Origin: Fistulifera solaris | Lineage: Eukaryota | Direction: 5' to 3' | DNA length: 64,000 nt | NCBI GenBank assembly: GCA_030295235.1 | Contig: AP026179.1 | Coordinates: 124,001 to 188,000 of the forward strand | Part shown: piece by piece, positions 13,062 through 26,286 of the stretch | Numbering within the stretch: position 1 is the stretch's first letter | Layout of the letters: each line of letters starts with the position of its first letter | Notes under the pieces: model-generated | What the model was told of the DNA's origin: nothing | The model's input: the letters and a program-made list of their open reading frames with translations, nothing else | The model's database searches: none | Program-made: the position numbers and the translations under genes

Positions 13062-14451
13062 CTATTTCACTACTTCGGTCAAATTTTTGTTCCTCCTTTT
13101 TCTTTTTCCTTCTTTCTTTTGCCGTTGCTTAGCCTTTTCTATCGAATCTTTATTGCGCTTTTTCAACTTTGCCTTATCGGTTCTACGATAGGTTGTTGCC
13201 TGACCCGAGGCATCTCTTGCTTCTTTCAGCTCGGATGGCACATCTTCGGAAAACCAGTGATCACCTTTAATTCTTGCCGTATCTTAACTGTCCCAAGTGG
13301 CGATCCAGCTGGTTTGAGAATGTGCTTCGGTTCAGCGGCCATGATATCCACTCTTGTATCGGCCCGTCTGTACATGTGCAAGTGAGAAAAGGATTTACAG
13401 AGAGACCTTGGTAGCCCAGCAGTAAAAAAAACTTACCCGTCACTGTAAAATGCGGCAAGATTGGCTGCCAACTGCCAACATTCGTCTGTGGCAACAATCT
13501 GGGGCGAGCGCTGCAAAATCAGCACATGAGCGCCAGGCGTTCCACGGGCATGTAGCCAAACATCATTTTGACGTGCTTCTTTGAAACTCAAGTATTCATT
13601 TCCACGCCGATTTCGACCCACCAGGATGGTGCACCCCGAATACGGCGAAATGATTTTTCGGACGTTAGAAGCCGGCGTTCCCATTTCTAGTTTTCTCATT
13701 TTGTTACTAGAAGAACGAGTCTGTCGCTGTGGATTCGAGTTGTCCGTTTGCGGTGGAGAAAAATTGGTCGTCTTAGACGACCGCAGCAATCGATCCTGGA
13801 CCAGCATAAACATGTTCTCATTCACTTCATCGTTGGCTAACAAGGCCGATGCAAGATCCAGTTGTGCGTCTTGTAATATTTCTAGGGCACGCGCAGTTTC
13901 TTCCATGAGCGCTTGAACGACTGCAGAACCACGTTTGAGTTTACGTGCTTGCTGAAACAAAGCATCCGCTTCCGCCGCCGCCGACTCATAGGAAGGATTC
14001 AGAATCAACTCCACTTCTTGGCCATCGTTCTCCCAGTCCTGCACAGTCAACTTTTTGATGGATGGTGAACTAAACAAATACAAATTATTCGTGATAAGCT
14101 GAGCCCGTGCCACTGTAGCTTCTAGAGACTCGGCTTTTTCCAGTTCCGATTGCAAGGAAACGCGTTTTTTCTCCAGATTTTGGATTGTTGTTTGCACCGA
14201 TACCGCCCACCTTTGATGATCGAGAAACAAAGTCGATCTGCTTGAAACGTCATCATCAGCAGCGTTATCAACCTCGGCATGCATATTATTCATATCGAGC
14301 CGATCGTCAATTTCCTCTTCCCAGGATAATCGAACAATGTGACGTGCTGGTAGCCGATGATGATTTGAGAAAAAGGAGACGCAACAAAGGCAGTTGCTAG
14401 GCTCGCCGAGCAGACCCACAACACAAGTCTACGAAAAGACGATGATCTCAT
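13062..14451 (-). CDS. NFACT-R (DUF814) domain protein, RqcH/FbpA-like, with a plastid-type presequence
   Basis: ILVGRNRRGNEYL..DVWLHARGTPGAHV..LAANLAAFYSD and KHILKPAGSPLGTV. Intron ~13348-13436. ATG at 14451 gives MRSSSFRRLVLWVCSASLATA-FVASP. Frameshifts near 14370 and 13240. Confidence 0.78.
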
Positions 14452-15030
14452 GATGCAATATTTTGTTTAGTAACATTCGCTTCTTTGTCGGAAGTTGGTT
14501 GTGGTCTACGGCTCGTTCCTCCTTGATTGTTGTGGATGGCACCATCGTGGTTTCCTCATTTTTGCCGTTCATTTTTTCCTGTCGCACCGCTTACCCGCTG
14601 CCATCAGTGATCAGTGACCGTATGACCGATTTTCTCTTTTAGTCTTGTCTTGGTCGTTTCTCTACGCATCTGATAAGCCCCACTTTCTGCACGCGAGTAA
14701 TTCATTTTTGCACGTTTCAATGCCATACTGGTACTCAATAACAAACAGAAGGGCTTAAGTCGTTTCTTGTCACTATGCTAATCGATTTTTTTAGACATAA
14801 TAGTTCATTTCATAAATCTTGCACGTTCTATGGATACAAATCCCACACTGAACCCGAACCCGGATCTACAGCCTTATTTTCTACTCCGTATCGCGCACCC
14901 GCAAACGGAGTTTACAAAAAAAAAGAAAGCATCCGCTGCAAGGTGCAAAAGCAAAGATGAACCAGAAGTAGCAAGAAGAATAAAAAATACAGTGAATGCC
15001 TGTCGTGTTACTCCTTTACCTTAAGAAAGC

Positions 15031-16134
15031 ATGATAAATTCAGTGCTTACATCCTTTCGTAACAATAAGCTTGAAAAGAAGCTCAAGAAAAAGTATGGTT
15101 TAAGCGAAGCAGAAGCAAAAGAATTGTTGCGTCAAGGCCGCGCCGAACTCGCCTCCCAGATGCGAACGTCCATGGATCATCTAAAGCAATATTGCGAAGA
15201 ACAATTGCAGCACCGCACTCCGACAGAAAATTGCAAAACAGACACTGATGATTATCCGGCGATTGAACCATCGTGTAGCTTTACGGTGGCCTGGAGTAAA
15301 TCCGATACCGAGACGAATTCGGCTTGGGAATCATCGAAAGAAAGTCCAACAAAGAATAAAGATAAGATCATGAAGCCACCGGAACAAATCTATCCCCTTC
15401 ACAAGTACATGTATCAAGACGAAAACAAGTTAAAAACAAATGAGGAGGCATCACCAAAGAATGTCCATGCCATGTTGAATGAGCAATTATCACCCGTACC
15501 GGAAATGCTTTTATCCATGAGAAGCGATGAAGTGACGGAAGAAACCGCAACAGCCTTGCCCGTGGAGCGTAAACTAAGTTACGGAATCGATGAGGCCGAC
15601 CACGTTAAGCCACATGACTCGTCCCACCCAGATGAGATGAAAAATACCTCAGATTCACAAAAACCCAATACCCCAATGGACTTCTTGGCAACTCCGTCAA
15701 AGAAAGAAGCTCCCCCAGGGCCTCCCACACTTTCGCCTAAAATGAGAGATTTGGTGAAACGTTTTTCGGAGAAATCAGACTTCATTCTAGACCCATCCAG
15801 CACGCCGCAAACTGCCGCTTGCTCTACCACGCCCCTGTCCATTTCCCACTCCGATCTTCCATTTTCCCCTTTAGGTGATGCCAAGGACGGGGCACAGAAT
15901 GACGTAGACAGCGCGATGACCAGGGAAGAGGAACCCGAAGTAGAAGCCACGGATGACAATGAGTCTGCTCACGAACGCGTTGTGAAAGAACGACGAGTGA
16001 AACACTCGAATGTCCCTCGAGTTATTTTTGTGCGACAGCCTCCCGAATCTGAAGTTCTTCCGTTTACGGACGAGGAGGGTTTTGTCATTCGACGAGAGAG
16101 ACGACTAGCTCCCATAGAACGCTTCTCTCTATGA
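15031..16134 (+). CDS. Hypothetical, largely disordered protein
   Basis: Uninterrupted 367-aa ORF from ATG, S/E/P-rich, no recognisable domain. Confidence 0.6.
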   Translation: MINSVLTSFRNNKLEKKLKKKYGLSEAEAKELLRQGRAELASQMRTSMDHLKQYCEEQLQHRTPTENCKTDTDDYPAIEPSCSFTVAWSKSDTETNSAWESSKESPTKNKDKIMKPPEQIYPLHKYMYQDENKLKTNEEASPKNVHAMLNEQLSPVPEMLLSMRSDEVTEETATALPVERKLSYGIDEADHVKPHDSSHPDEMKNTSDSQKPNTPMDFLATPSKKEAPPGPPTLSPKMRDLVKRFSEKSDFILDPSSTPQTAACSTTPLSISHSDLPFSPLGDAKDGAQNDVDSAMTREEEPEVEATDDNESAHERVVKERRVKHSNVPRVIFVRQPPESEVLPFTDEEGFVIRRERRLAPIERFSL

Positions 16135-16210
16135 GAATGTTTTATAGACTCCATTCTGACCAGTCCAACTCTATAGTTAACCATTTCTTACAATAAAATG
16201 CATGTAACTT

Positions 16211-18066
16211 TTACATGAGAGCTTCCAAGTCTATTTCCAGACACGAAGCGGGGTAAACAAGAGAAAAGTGCTGCAGAACTTCCGGGTGTAGAATACCGAA
16301 CGAACCGATCACGGTCGGACTGCTACCCGGTTTGGTCAGCACAATTTGAGCCGCTCTCCCCGAAAAGTAGGTCGGCGCATCGCAAGGCTCAATGGTATAG
16401 GACCACCCATCTCGAACAACACGATGATCCTTATCAGCATCATCCGGCAATCCCGGTGCTACTTCAGTTAAGGTCATAATACGATCCACGAGACCATGAA
16501 TAATTTCAAATCCCGATGTGGGGCCCGCGTAAACCGCACAGACCATACGTTGGTTTTTGGCTCCGACAATGGTCTCGGTCACCACATGTTCGTTGTCGGG
16601 AACCACCACATCACTGATTTCGAACAACTTGAATCCGTTGGTGAAGCTCGTCGCACGATTGTGTTGTAATGTATTCAACAACCCGGGCAATAGCGTGGTA
16701 CGGACGACTTGATATTCTACATTGGCCGGATTCAATAAATGCACCGCGGGCGTGACCGGTCGTCGCAAGGCGTTAAAATTGTCCTCAATGCTGCACAGAC
16801 CGTGCGTCAAGACTTCGGTATATCCCGCCCGTGCAATTTCGTCGCGCAGTAAATCCGTCAACAAATTGAGTGGAAATTCTTGACCGACCGTGGCAGTTTT
16901 CGGGACGCGTTTGACAATGTTGTTGTACCCGAACGCAATGCCAATGTCTTCCGCGATATCGACCGCGTGCAGAATGTCACTGCGCGTCGGAGGGACCGTA
17001 ACTTGGAGCATGGAATCATTCTCGAGCAAGTTGGCGGGTCCGAGTTGTACTTTTTCGCACAATTGCTGCATTTCTTGCGGTGATAATTGGATACCAATCA
17101 AAGAATTGCAAAAGTCCACCGAGGCTTGTTCTTGTCGTGTGTACAAGAGGGGTGTGGTGTAGGAGGACACAATTGTACCCGACGTGTCGACATAATTGAC
17201 CACGACCGGTTCTACTTGAAACGGAATTGCGCAATATTCACTAAACATGGTGACGACAGTATCCAAAACAATGTTCGCTTTGGTCAAGTCCGTTGCCGTA
17301 CACTCGATAAAGACGTTGGTAGTATCCAGCGTAATCTTGGAATGATCCCCGTTGATAATCGGCGGCAAGGATAAGACCGTTTCGGCCGAATCGAGAATCA
17401 CTGGATACAAAGGAGAATCTTTGATGATGGGAACGTACGGCTTCAAATGCTTGCCTTCCGTTTGCGTTTCGTAAAATTCGAGCAATTCCTTGGCTTCAAA
17501 TTTCCGTGTCGCCGGTGTTAACGGCACAAACTCAATGGCGGAAGGTGTGCGCGCATCGTAGAAAAACGGTGGTTGGGTAGCATCCAAATCGTGCGTCCCA
17601 ATGGCCACCAACGTACGTTGACGACACAGATTGCGATGCAACTGATCCTGTAACGAAATGAAGGATTCGTAGCGCTGTGCATCGAATCGGATGTTGCGTA
17701 AGACTGCACACACGACAAACGGTCGTATCGTATCGACATTCGCCTTTTGCACCGTCATACAGTAAACGGGGGCACCACTCATGGTGTACTGAGGAGCCGG
17801 CATGTCGCCCAGAAAGATTTTTAGGGCCCGCGAAAGTCCTTCGACACACAATAGGTCGTAACGATTCGCTGGAACATCAATTTTGTAAATAACGGCTGTC
17901 GATAATCCTTCCAAGCTTTTACCGGCCTTTTGAGCTTCTTCGAAAGCACTGGTGATTTCATCCAATTCAATCCCAAATTCGAAACACAATTCGTCAAAGG
18001 CTTCGTCCGTGAACGAGCGACCCAAGTGATTGAACAGGATGTCTTTTCAATTGAAACTGTCGGCAT
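16211..18066 (-). CDS. FARSB: Phenylalanyl-tRNA synthetase beta subunit (cytosolic type)
   Basis: MPTVS start (frameshift near 18045), FDELCFEFGIELD, IDVPANRYDLLC, LQDQLHRNLCRQR, SLPPIING, PPTRSDILH, VRTTLLPGLL, FGILHPEVL. Confidence 0.95.
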
Positions 18067-18522
18067 TGTTCGTTACTTTTATTATTTTGTGATGAAAACG
18101 GATGATGCTATATTCAACATGCAAGAGTGTCGAGACTGTAGTTGCGACCTCACGTTGGATGTTGGATGTTGCGCGCACGTTGAAGGTTTTAGCAGGCCCT
18201 CCAGGACATACGGACGGGCGTACTTTATTATGTCACGAGTTGTAAGGGACTGAGTACTTTCAATGTCAATGTCGAAAACGCGACCCGCACGGGGACCTTT
18301 TGTGTCGACGAGCCAAGGACAGACACAACATCCTCCATTCTTTTTTTTTTCACGAGCTCGATCGGAACCATTTTTCTCGACTTTTCGTAGTATCGCCACT
18401 ATATGTCATGAATCTCCGTCTGAATCTCCCCTCTTTCGAAACAGGTACAGCACTCTTATTACTTCTTTCATTCTTTATCCGTCGACAGCAAAGTGCACAT
18501 AATTTGAGGAGAAAACGAAATC

Positions 18523-20180
18523 ATGGGATGCAATCAGTCTACCATCAAAGAACAAGCTGCAATTGTCGAAGATGATGAACCCAAGAAGACGATGTCAGCG
18601 GTCGGTGCGACGGAACGTCTAGTCTCACGAGCGCATCGGATTCAAGCCAAGATGAATTCGTCGACAAATAATGGAGGTTCATCGGATGTCAAAGCGCCTC
18701 CCAAATTGGATGAATGCGGAAATCTTATGATTGAAGAAATTGTTAGGCGGACGAACAGCAGTATTTTTACCGAAACCATGACCTTGGGAACCCAGGAATA
18801 TCCCATTCATGTTAAAGTACGTCAAGAGGTGTCGTTACAAAAACAAACAAAGACGCCTCGGATCATCTCATCATTTTGTTGTTTTGCTCTTACTTCTTTC
18901 GTCAGTATGCACAATGGACCCAACGAGGCTATTATCCCGATGATCCTCACAAAGAAAATCAAGACGAATATCGCGTACAAAATCCCTTTACGAATTCCGA
19001 ACGGGATGCCATGTTAGCCGTCTACGATGGACACGGCAAACAGGGTCATGCGTGTGCTCGTTATGCCAAGAAACATTTGGGGAAATGCGTCGAGAAACAG
19101 GTACGATTGGCGCGGGTCAAAAGTACAAGGAACAATTGCAAGCGGCCGGCAGTCCCGAGACCAAAGTCTTTGATCCTCACAAATGGCCGTTATTGAATGC
19201 CGACGAATATAAAGTGTGTTGTGAAAAAGCGTTTGCCGAATGCAATCAACAAATGCATGCTTCTCCGGATGTAAGTAGGAGTCGTGACGAAAGAGGGAGT
19301 CCTGTCGGGCCGTTGTATACTCACTAAGTACGCGCGACAGGCCAACGACAAATTAAGTGGAACGACCGCCATTACAGTACATTTCCACGGTAATCAAATG
19401 ATTGTTTGTAATGTGGGAGATAGTCGGGCAGTATTAGGTCACTGGGTGTCGGACGGATTTACCAATCATGACGAAGAAGAGAAAACCGAAATTGGCCACG
19501 AAGTGCCGGAACGGCCCGTCGGACCCAGCAAAATATTTCCGTCACAGGGAGGCAAAATGCTGGCCATTCCACTTTCCTTGGATCAGACACCGTACCGTCA
19601 GGATGAAAGGGAGCGTGTGAAAAAGGCCGGTGCCGCCGTGATGAGCATTGATCAAATGGAAGGGAAAGAAGAAATGCACGAACACTGGGGAGATATGGTG
19701 TTGGGAGAAGACCTTGACATTCACGGTGATCCACCCCGGATCTGGATTCCCGGAGAAAAGTATCCGGGCACGGCGTTTACGCGATCGTTGGGAGATCGGC
19801 TGGCCAAGGATATTGGTGTAAGCGCTGAACCCGAAATACTGGCCAAGCAGTTGACTTTGAACGACCATATATTGATTGTGGCATCGGACGGTATTTTCGA
19901 ATTCATTACAAATCAAGAGGCCGTCGATATGTGTTTAGCCTGTGATTCACCGTTACACGCGTGCGAGGCACTAGTCAAAGCGGCGTATGATCAATGGCTG
20001 TTATACGAGAATCGAACAGACGACATTACACTGATTGTATGTTTTTTATCGGTGGAGAAACCCTTACCACAAAGTGGCGAGGAAGGAACGACAGAGGATC
20101 TGGTAGCGTTAGCTAGCACGATGTATGGTGAAAAACCCCATCGAAAACGAGCAAACAGCATCTTCAAAAGCGACTTGTAA
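18523..20180 (+). CDS. PP2C/PPM protein phosphatase with MGC N-terminus (probable acylation)
   Basis: QRGYYPDDPHKENQD, VYDGHG, SGTTA, NVGDSRAV, TRSLGD, ASDGIFEF, DDIT. Introns 18817-18905 and 19271-19340; frameshift near 19120. Confidence 0.9.
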
Positions 20181-20237
20181 ATTTAGCGCAACTTTAATTT
20201 ACGTCATAGTGAGGCATGGCTTGTTTTACGAAGACAC

Positions 20238-23200
20238 TCAAACAAACGTGCGTCGCCCACAAGCGGATCGGAGACCAATGGTGGACATAGACGCTTCATC
20301 CGAAAATAAGGATATGTCAAGAAAGTTTGGTCGAGAGGGTTTCGTAGCGCCTTTAGCTTTTTGCTCGGCAAGATTTCGAAGCACAACCCGGCAAGTGCGA
20401 GACCATATATAGATTGCAATTGAGCAAGATTGAGTCTTCATGGAGGGAAGTCCTTTCTTCTTGCGCCAAACTCTCATCTCTCGGGCGAGCTGTATTTTAC
20501 GTTGCTTCACGGCGTGCAGGAAGTCGACGCAATCTTGTATACCAGTAGATTCCAAAAAGTCCACCTGCCATTCTCGTAAAATACTCCTCAAGGCTGAGGG
20601 GTCGCTATCAGGAGGAAGCTGATCTTCTCGTCGCTTTCCACATGAGCAAGTGACCCCGATTTTCGGTAAGTAAAAGACGACGTATTCCTTTTTTGCAAAG
20701 ACAGACGAAATACCGCATTTGCAAGGTTGATCGTTTTCTTTCATTTCCTTCATGTTGTCGATGTAAATTTCCTTGTCGTCGCTTGACGGCAAAGTTGCCT
20801 CTGAAATCGATAAAGATGAGCTCGCCAAACTGTCAGCACAATCAACATTATCTTCAACCGCTCTTTCTAGAAGGCGGATCAATGTTTCCTTCTGTGCAGC
20901 ATGTTCTTGGTCTTTCTCGTCACTTGGAGAGGACCCATCTGCAACTATGTTGTTGTCTACTTCAATGGGTTGATGCTCTGACGACATGCTAGAAAGTTTT
21001 TGGTCATTGCCCGAGACGCTTGTTTCAAGAACTTTCAAGCGCTTTTTTAAGCAGTCATTTTCTTCTAGTAGCGTGGCTTCTCGCACTCGGAAACGCTCTT
21101 CGACTTCCGCCAACTTTGCTTTGACATCTTCGTTCTCTTTAGTCAATTGAACGTTCCTCTCCTGAACTTCATCACATTGCTTCAAAATAGCATCCACTTG
21201 ACTAGAGAAAGCCTTCTTGGCGGCCACCAATTCAATTTTCTGGTCTCTTAGCAATTTATTTTCCGTGTTCACCCGTTTCAGCTCCGCCTCGACTTCTTTT
21301 AGTCGTTCGTCCTTCCACGTTGAAGTGCTGAGTATCTTCATTTCTACATCGCCGGGGATTTCGTCGCCCTCACTACGAGATCGGAAGATTTGAGGGAAGC
21401 TATTGTCGTCCCTCAGATTGGTGGCCATTAAATGGATGCGATGTTTCATTTGAATCACTTCTTTCTCGAGCTCGTCACGCTTGCACTCTTCGACCTCAAT
21501 CTGTGTCTTTAATGAATCTAATTTGTTCAGTGAAGCGCTCTCTAAGGATTCCAGTTCCGATCGCTTTTGATCGATCTGATTAGAAAGAGCCACCAGCTCT
21601 CGAGTGAGCTCTAGTTTCGGTCTAAGAATGTCGCCACCTTCCAGAGTGAGTTCCTGCAGAAGATTTCGACCAGTGTGCGTCTCTGGTGGATCAATGGAGG
21701 ATGCGGGCTTCGTCGCGAACGTTATCAGTGAGAAAGGCTGCTCAGCTCGAACACCACCGAAATGCATCACTACATTACTCACCGTTCTAAATATCTCGTT
21801 GGTATTTCCAGCACGTCGATCACGCCATCGACTAACCTGATTAGCAACGTTCAAACAACTTTCTCGTGTAGCCCTAGCTTCTTCTTTGGCGCGGCGGATT
21901 TTCTCCTCAATATGTGAGAGGTTGGTGGTTCCGGGATTTTCTTTGTTTTCGGCAAGACGCTTACGGACTTCATTTAATTCGGCCCTCAAGCGATTGTTCT
22001 CAAGTTGCAACGCGTTTTCGGTTGGAGACACATTTGAGGGACGAACAGTGTTGCGTTTGACGTGGTTGGCAATCGACCGCGATCTCTCTGCGTACCGAAG
22101 GGTGTTCATTGACTCGTCACTATGACTGTCAGCCGGCGAAATGCAAGCAATGAGTAAAGTGAAGCTGTTGCCTGTGGAAATCTTTGTGAGAAGATCATTT
22201 AGGAGTCAATAAGGTAGATTTCGAAAACGTAACTAACCTCCAAGGGAGTCTTGTAGATACTCGGTCAGTTTGCTGTCACGATACGGAATATGAATGGAGG
22301 TTACTTCGTTGGTGGACTTTTCCGCTAACATCGAAACAACTTTGCCCAACACAAACAAATCTTTGTTAATATTGATTGACTCTTTCTGCTGCGATCCAAC
22401 CACGCCCGATTTTTTGATCTTTTCCGAACCGGCCAAGTCTACCATGGTCAGCTTCGCGCTCATCGTCTCTTGAGCTCTATCGCGTGGCTCCATAGTCACA
22501 ATAAATGTATAAACAGCATGGGAGCGACTGGACTGGGCATTCATCTGGTGGACCCAGTGACGCGCCTTGTGGCAGCGACATGGACCAACTCATCGGCGTG
22601 TTCCCAAGAGCGAACTTTGAAATTCTGCGATCCTTCTACTGTGACTCCATGGCCATTTCCGTAGTTGCGCATTTTTAAAGACTCATCAGGGGCATCAGAT
22701 AGCAGATCGCGGAATTCTTCATTGAACAATTCCAAGCAGTTCACAGCAATGGTAATCTTATAATCCGTCTGGTACAGTTCTTGGCATCGAAACAAGTCGC
22801 TGATAGCACGACGCACGATCCCGTCACTTGGTTGTAGAGGACCGGAAGTACCATTGTACATCGTGTGCGTTTTTCCGCTACCGGTTTGTCCGTAAGCGAG
22901 GATTGTCATGTTGTATCCCTTGAAAATATTGTTCTCAATCGCATTCCCCAGTGCTGTATGATATAGCTGTGACTGTGTCGTGTCTGAGGGAAAGACCGCA
23001 TCAAAGTGGAATAGCCGCTTCGTGAGCGAAAGCTTTTGGGAACACCAATTACTCTACCCTGCGGCAGCACGCTGGGCTGATCGGAGTGCTCACTCAAGGA
23101 AGGCGGACTTTTCAATCCAGGCTTAGTGGGGATGCGCGACTCTCGTCGGCGAGGAGTGGGCGGCTGATCTCCGAGTTGAAGATCCCCTACCACTTTCAAC

Positions 23201-23325
23201 TTGTGACAACTCTCTTTGTCTTTCAGAGGACGCACACGGACCATCACGCGAACATTGCTGGCTTTACTTTCGTCGTACCGGACCGAGTCGCCCGGTGTGG
23301 ACTCGAATTTGGAAGATGCACTCAT
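20238..23325 (-). CDS. Kinesin with N-terminal motor (kinesin-4-like), coiled-coil stalk and Cys-containing tail
   Basis: VRVMVRVRP, AYGQTGSGKTHT, NAQSSRSHA, MVDLAGSE, HIPYRDSKLT, NTLRYAER. Intron 22172-22237; several frame breaks. Confidence 0.9.
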
Positions 23326-24241
23326 TGTCAAGCGGTTTTCCTTATTAACGACGACTGGTTTGTGTTTTGTTTGCCTTCTCTTATTGCTCGGGTGTTGCTT
23401 TGAGGGTTTTTGAGGTGACGACAAGGAACGAAAATGAACCAAGGCATGCATGCTTGTCATAGAATATACATGTCTATATATGTTATAATTCATTTGACTA
23501 TTGATGAAAGTACTGCCTAGAAACACTTATGAATTAAGTATCAGTCGTTGCTTTAACACTTGATTTTCCCGCGAAAGCCAGCCAGGTACGCAAACCAATT
23601 ATAGTCCCTGGTTTGATCCGCCAACACCACCCAAACTAGGGATTCAAAAACTAGACGACGAGATTTGGAATGAGCTCAATATTTTCAAAAAAGGAGTGAG
23701 CTTTCTTAACAGCAATGTATTGAACGGGAGGAGACGAAAGGCCAAAGTGTCGATAGAACAGCAATTCTTTGGGTCATTGTGTTGTGAAACAAGACGCGTC
23801 GTCTTCACTCGACATGGAAGGGAAGCACTAGCGCAGATAATAAAACATCATTTGAATTGATTTTCTAAAAGATATACACGTGCTGCTTTTCTGGAATTCT
23901 AGACGAGTTAAGAATCAGTACAAACGAAGCGAAGATTCAATTTGTGTCGTTGTTAGGAACCGTCCAGCCAGATCTGAGTGGCCAGCCAAGAGAAGCAACA
24001 AACTTTCATAAACCGACGAAATGGAGTAGGACTAACTACCTGGTGTGCATGTAAATGCAGAGAAAACTACGGCAAGCGAACGATGCTCTTATGTAGAAGG
24101 GAATCACGCTCGAAGCTCTTGTTTACAACTCGCCAAGATAACGACTCATTTTACCTGACTAATTTATGCTAATCAAGGCAACAAATATATAAAACGATCT
24201 AATTAATTGCATATTGAGATGAAATTTTAAGCGAGGAGGCG

Positions 24242-24420
24242 TTACGCCTCCGGATCAACCCATCGTATGTATTCTTCGCCGACGGGTGCCATCCAGGTGA
24301 CAGTATTATTGGCAGTATCCTCGTAGTAAAACATACCATCGGCGTCTTGGTGCTGTATCCATCGAGCAGAGAATTCGCTTTCTGATTCATTTTCAGCTTG
24401 CGACTTGTTTTGCATGCTCC
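24242..24420 (-). CDS. Small WW-domain coding segment (gene structure unclear)
   Basis: RWIQHQDADGMFYYEDTANNTVTWMAP matches the WW consensus W...G..YY......TW..P. Confidence 0.5.
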
Positions 24421-25086
24421 AAAAGAAAACAATCGAGAAGGTGCGCATGGTGTTGTGGTTATTGCAGAGTGTTTCTTGTTCGTAAAATGAGACCTTTTGA
24501 TCGCTCACAAGAAACTGAATGAACTTGGATAAGACGACGATTTGTGAGCATTGTGCTGGAAGAGCAAGCAAAAGACAGAGATCAGTATTTAATGAATAGC
24601 TTGCAACAGAATGAAAACTGGTCTTCATTCTGAGACAAAACTGTGGGGACCAGTTTTTTCGTGTAATAATGGGACGAACCCGGTCCGACATGATAACGCA
24701 TATGTACGGCTCGTATTCATTACCAGTACGAATATCCCAAAGTCAAACTCATTTTTCTTGGCTCGATATGTTGAGAGCGAATGCACCATGTACATGGCCA
24801 TGGCAGATCAAAGCAAGTTCGAAAAGCAACCAACAATCTTTTTCAATGAGTAGACGCCGACTCTACGAACTTGATGTCTGTGGTGATCTCGGTTGTAGAC
24901 GCAGCGTGCTTACTCTTCCCAAAAATTTGGTGTTTAACTTCTGTGAAGAAACAAATTTAACGAGAGGGCCGGTCTCAGTCTCGTAACGTACTGCAAAGCA
25001 GCCTCCAGCCAACCAGACTCGGTAGCCGCGTACTGGCACGTTGGATGAGTTCTTTGTAGCACAAAGAATCTCCTCATTTCAAAACG

Positions 25087-26024
25087 CTAGTGCACCCTGT
25101 CCTGGCGATCGATACGCAACAATATTGTCAAGCATGCGTTCCACTTGACCCGGAGTGAAAATACGTACAGACCATCATCGAAAGAATAGTCCATAGGATC
25201 CAGTCCACCACCAAAGCAAGTATCTCTCTGCTCACCGGGGTCACACCCTTGATAAGGAATGCGCTCCGGCTCGGTATCGGACACCCCGTCGCCACCGGAG
25301 CATCCATTCTGAAACGTATAAAACAGACCCAACCAGTGTCCCACTTCATGTTTGAGCGCATCGCCTTCATTGTAATTGGAAAACGATCCTCGACGACTTG
25401 GTACTCCCAGGGAAACGTGACATATCCCAGTATTTCGATATTAATTGTAGAGAAGCGGGTAGACCAGATAAATAATCAAAACACGCGCATTTCCAATTCG
25501 GAATTGGGCTTTCAAATGGAGCAATGAGAAACATTTTGAGACCATCGACGCGAGTGCAGGCAATACCGTGGCAAAAAAAGCGATCCCGCTTTTGAAGTCG
25601 GGTGATACAAGCTTGGGGATCGCTTGTGGAATTGGTCATCCCTGTCATTTTTGAGTGATGACGTTGGTCGGAAATAGTGGCCAGGGCAAACGAAATGCCG
25701 GTCTCTACCGAGCAAGTGCCGGTCGTACACCAAATCCAACGCCGGATCACAACACGAAGCTGCCGTAAAGGCTTGATTCAAGCTGTCTAATGCGTTTTGT
25801 AAATCTTCGTTGGTGATGGGCCGTTGGAGATTGCGCTCTAACTGTGGCACATGAAAACATACTGGAATGACTTGACTGCTACTCATCGATTGGTGGTACT
25901 CGTACGCCGCATCTGCGGCCTTTTAATCATTCAATTCGGGTAACGGAGTACCACATCGTTCGACAGCATCCGACAGAGACGCAGAAAGATCAAGAAGAAC
26001 ATACTTTGAGAACGAGGATCGCAT
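25087..26024 (-). pseudogene. Decayed M43 (pappalysin/ulilysin-like) metalloprotease
   Basis: Propeptide RCGT, VIPVCFHV, HEVGHWLGLFYTFQ, DGVSDT, RDTC, MDYS. In-frame TAA at 25923-25925, several frameshifts, and the third Zn-ligand His is replaced by Tyr. Confidence 0.72.
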
Positions 26025-26286
26025 TGTGGTCGTCAACATTGGAAAATTGGGTCGTTCTTCGATTCATTTTGTGAAGACGCAGACATTCTGTTGCGAGGAG
26101 GATATCCGACGACTGACAGGCGCCCGCACGCATCGATCGCATCGGTCCATGGTGACGTCACGTATCGTACAACGGACGCGCGCACTCACAAATTCCAAAC
26201 GCTCAACGGCTCATTTTTTTGGCAGATTGCAACGACACGTCCTCCTCTCACACTCTTTTTTTTTCGCCTTCTCCCTTCTGGGCACC

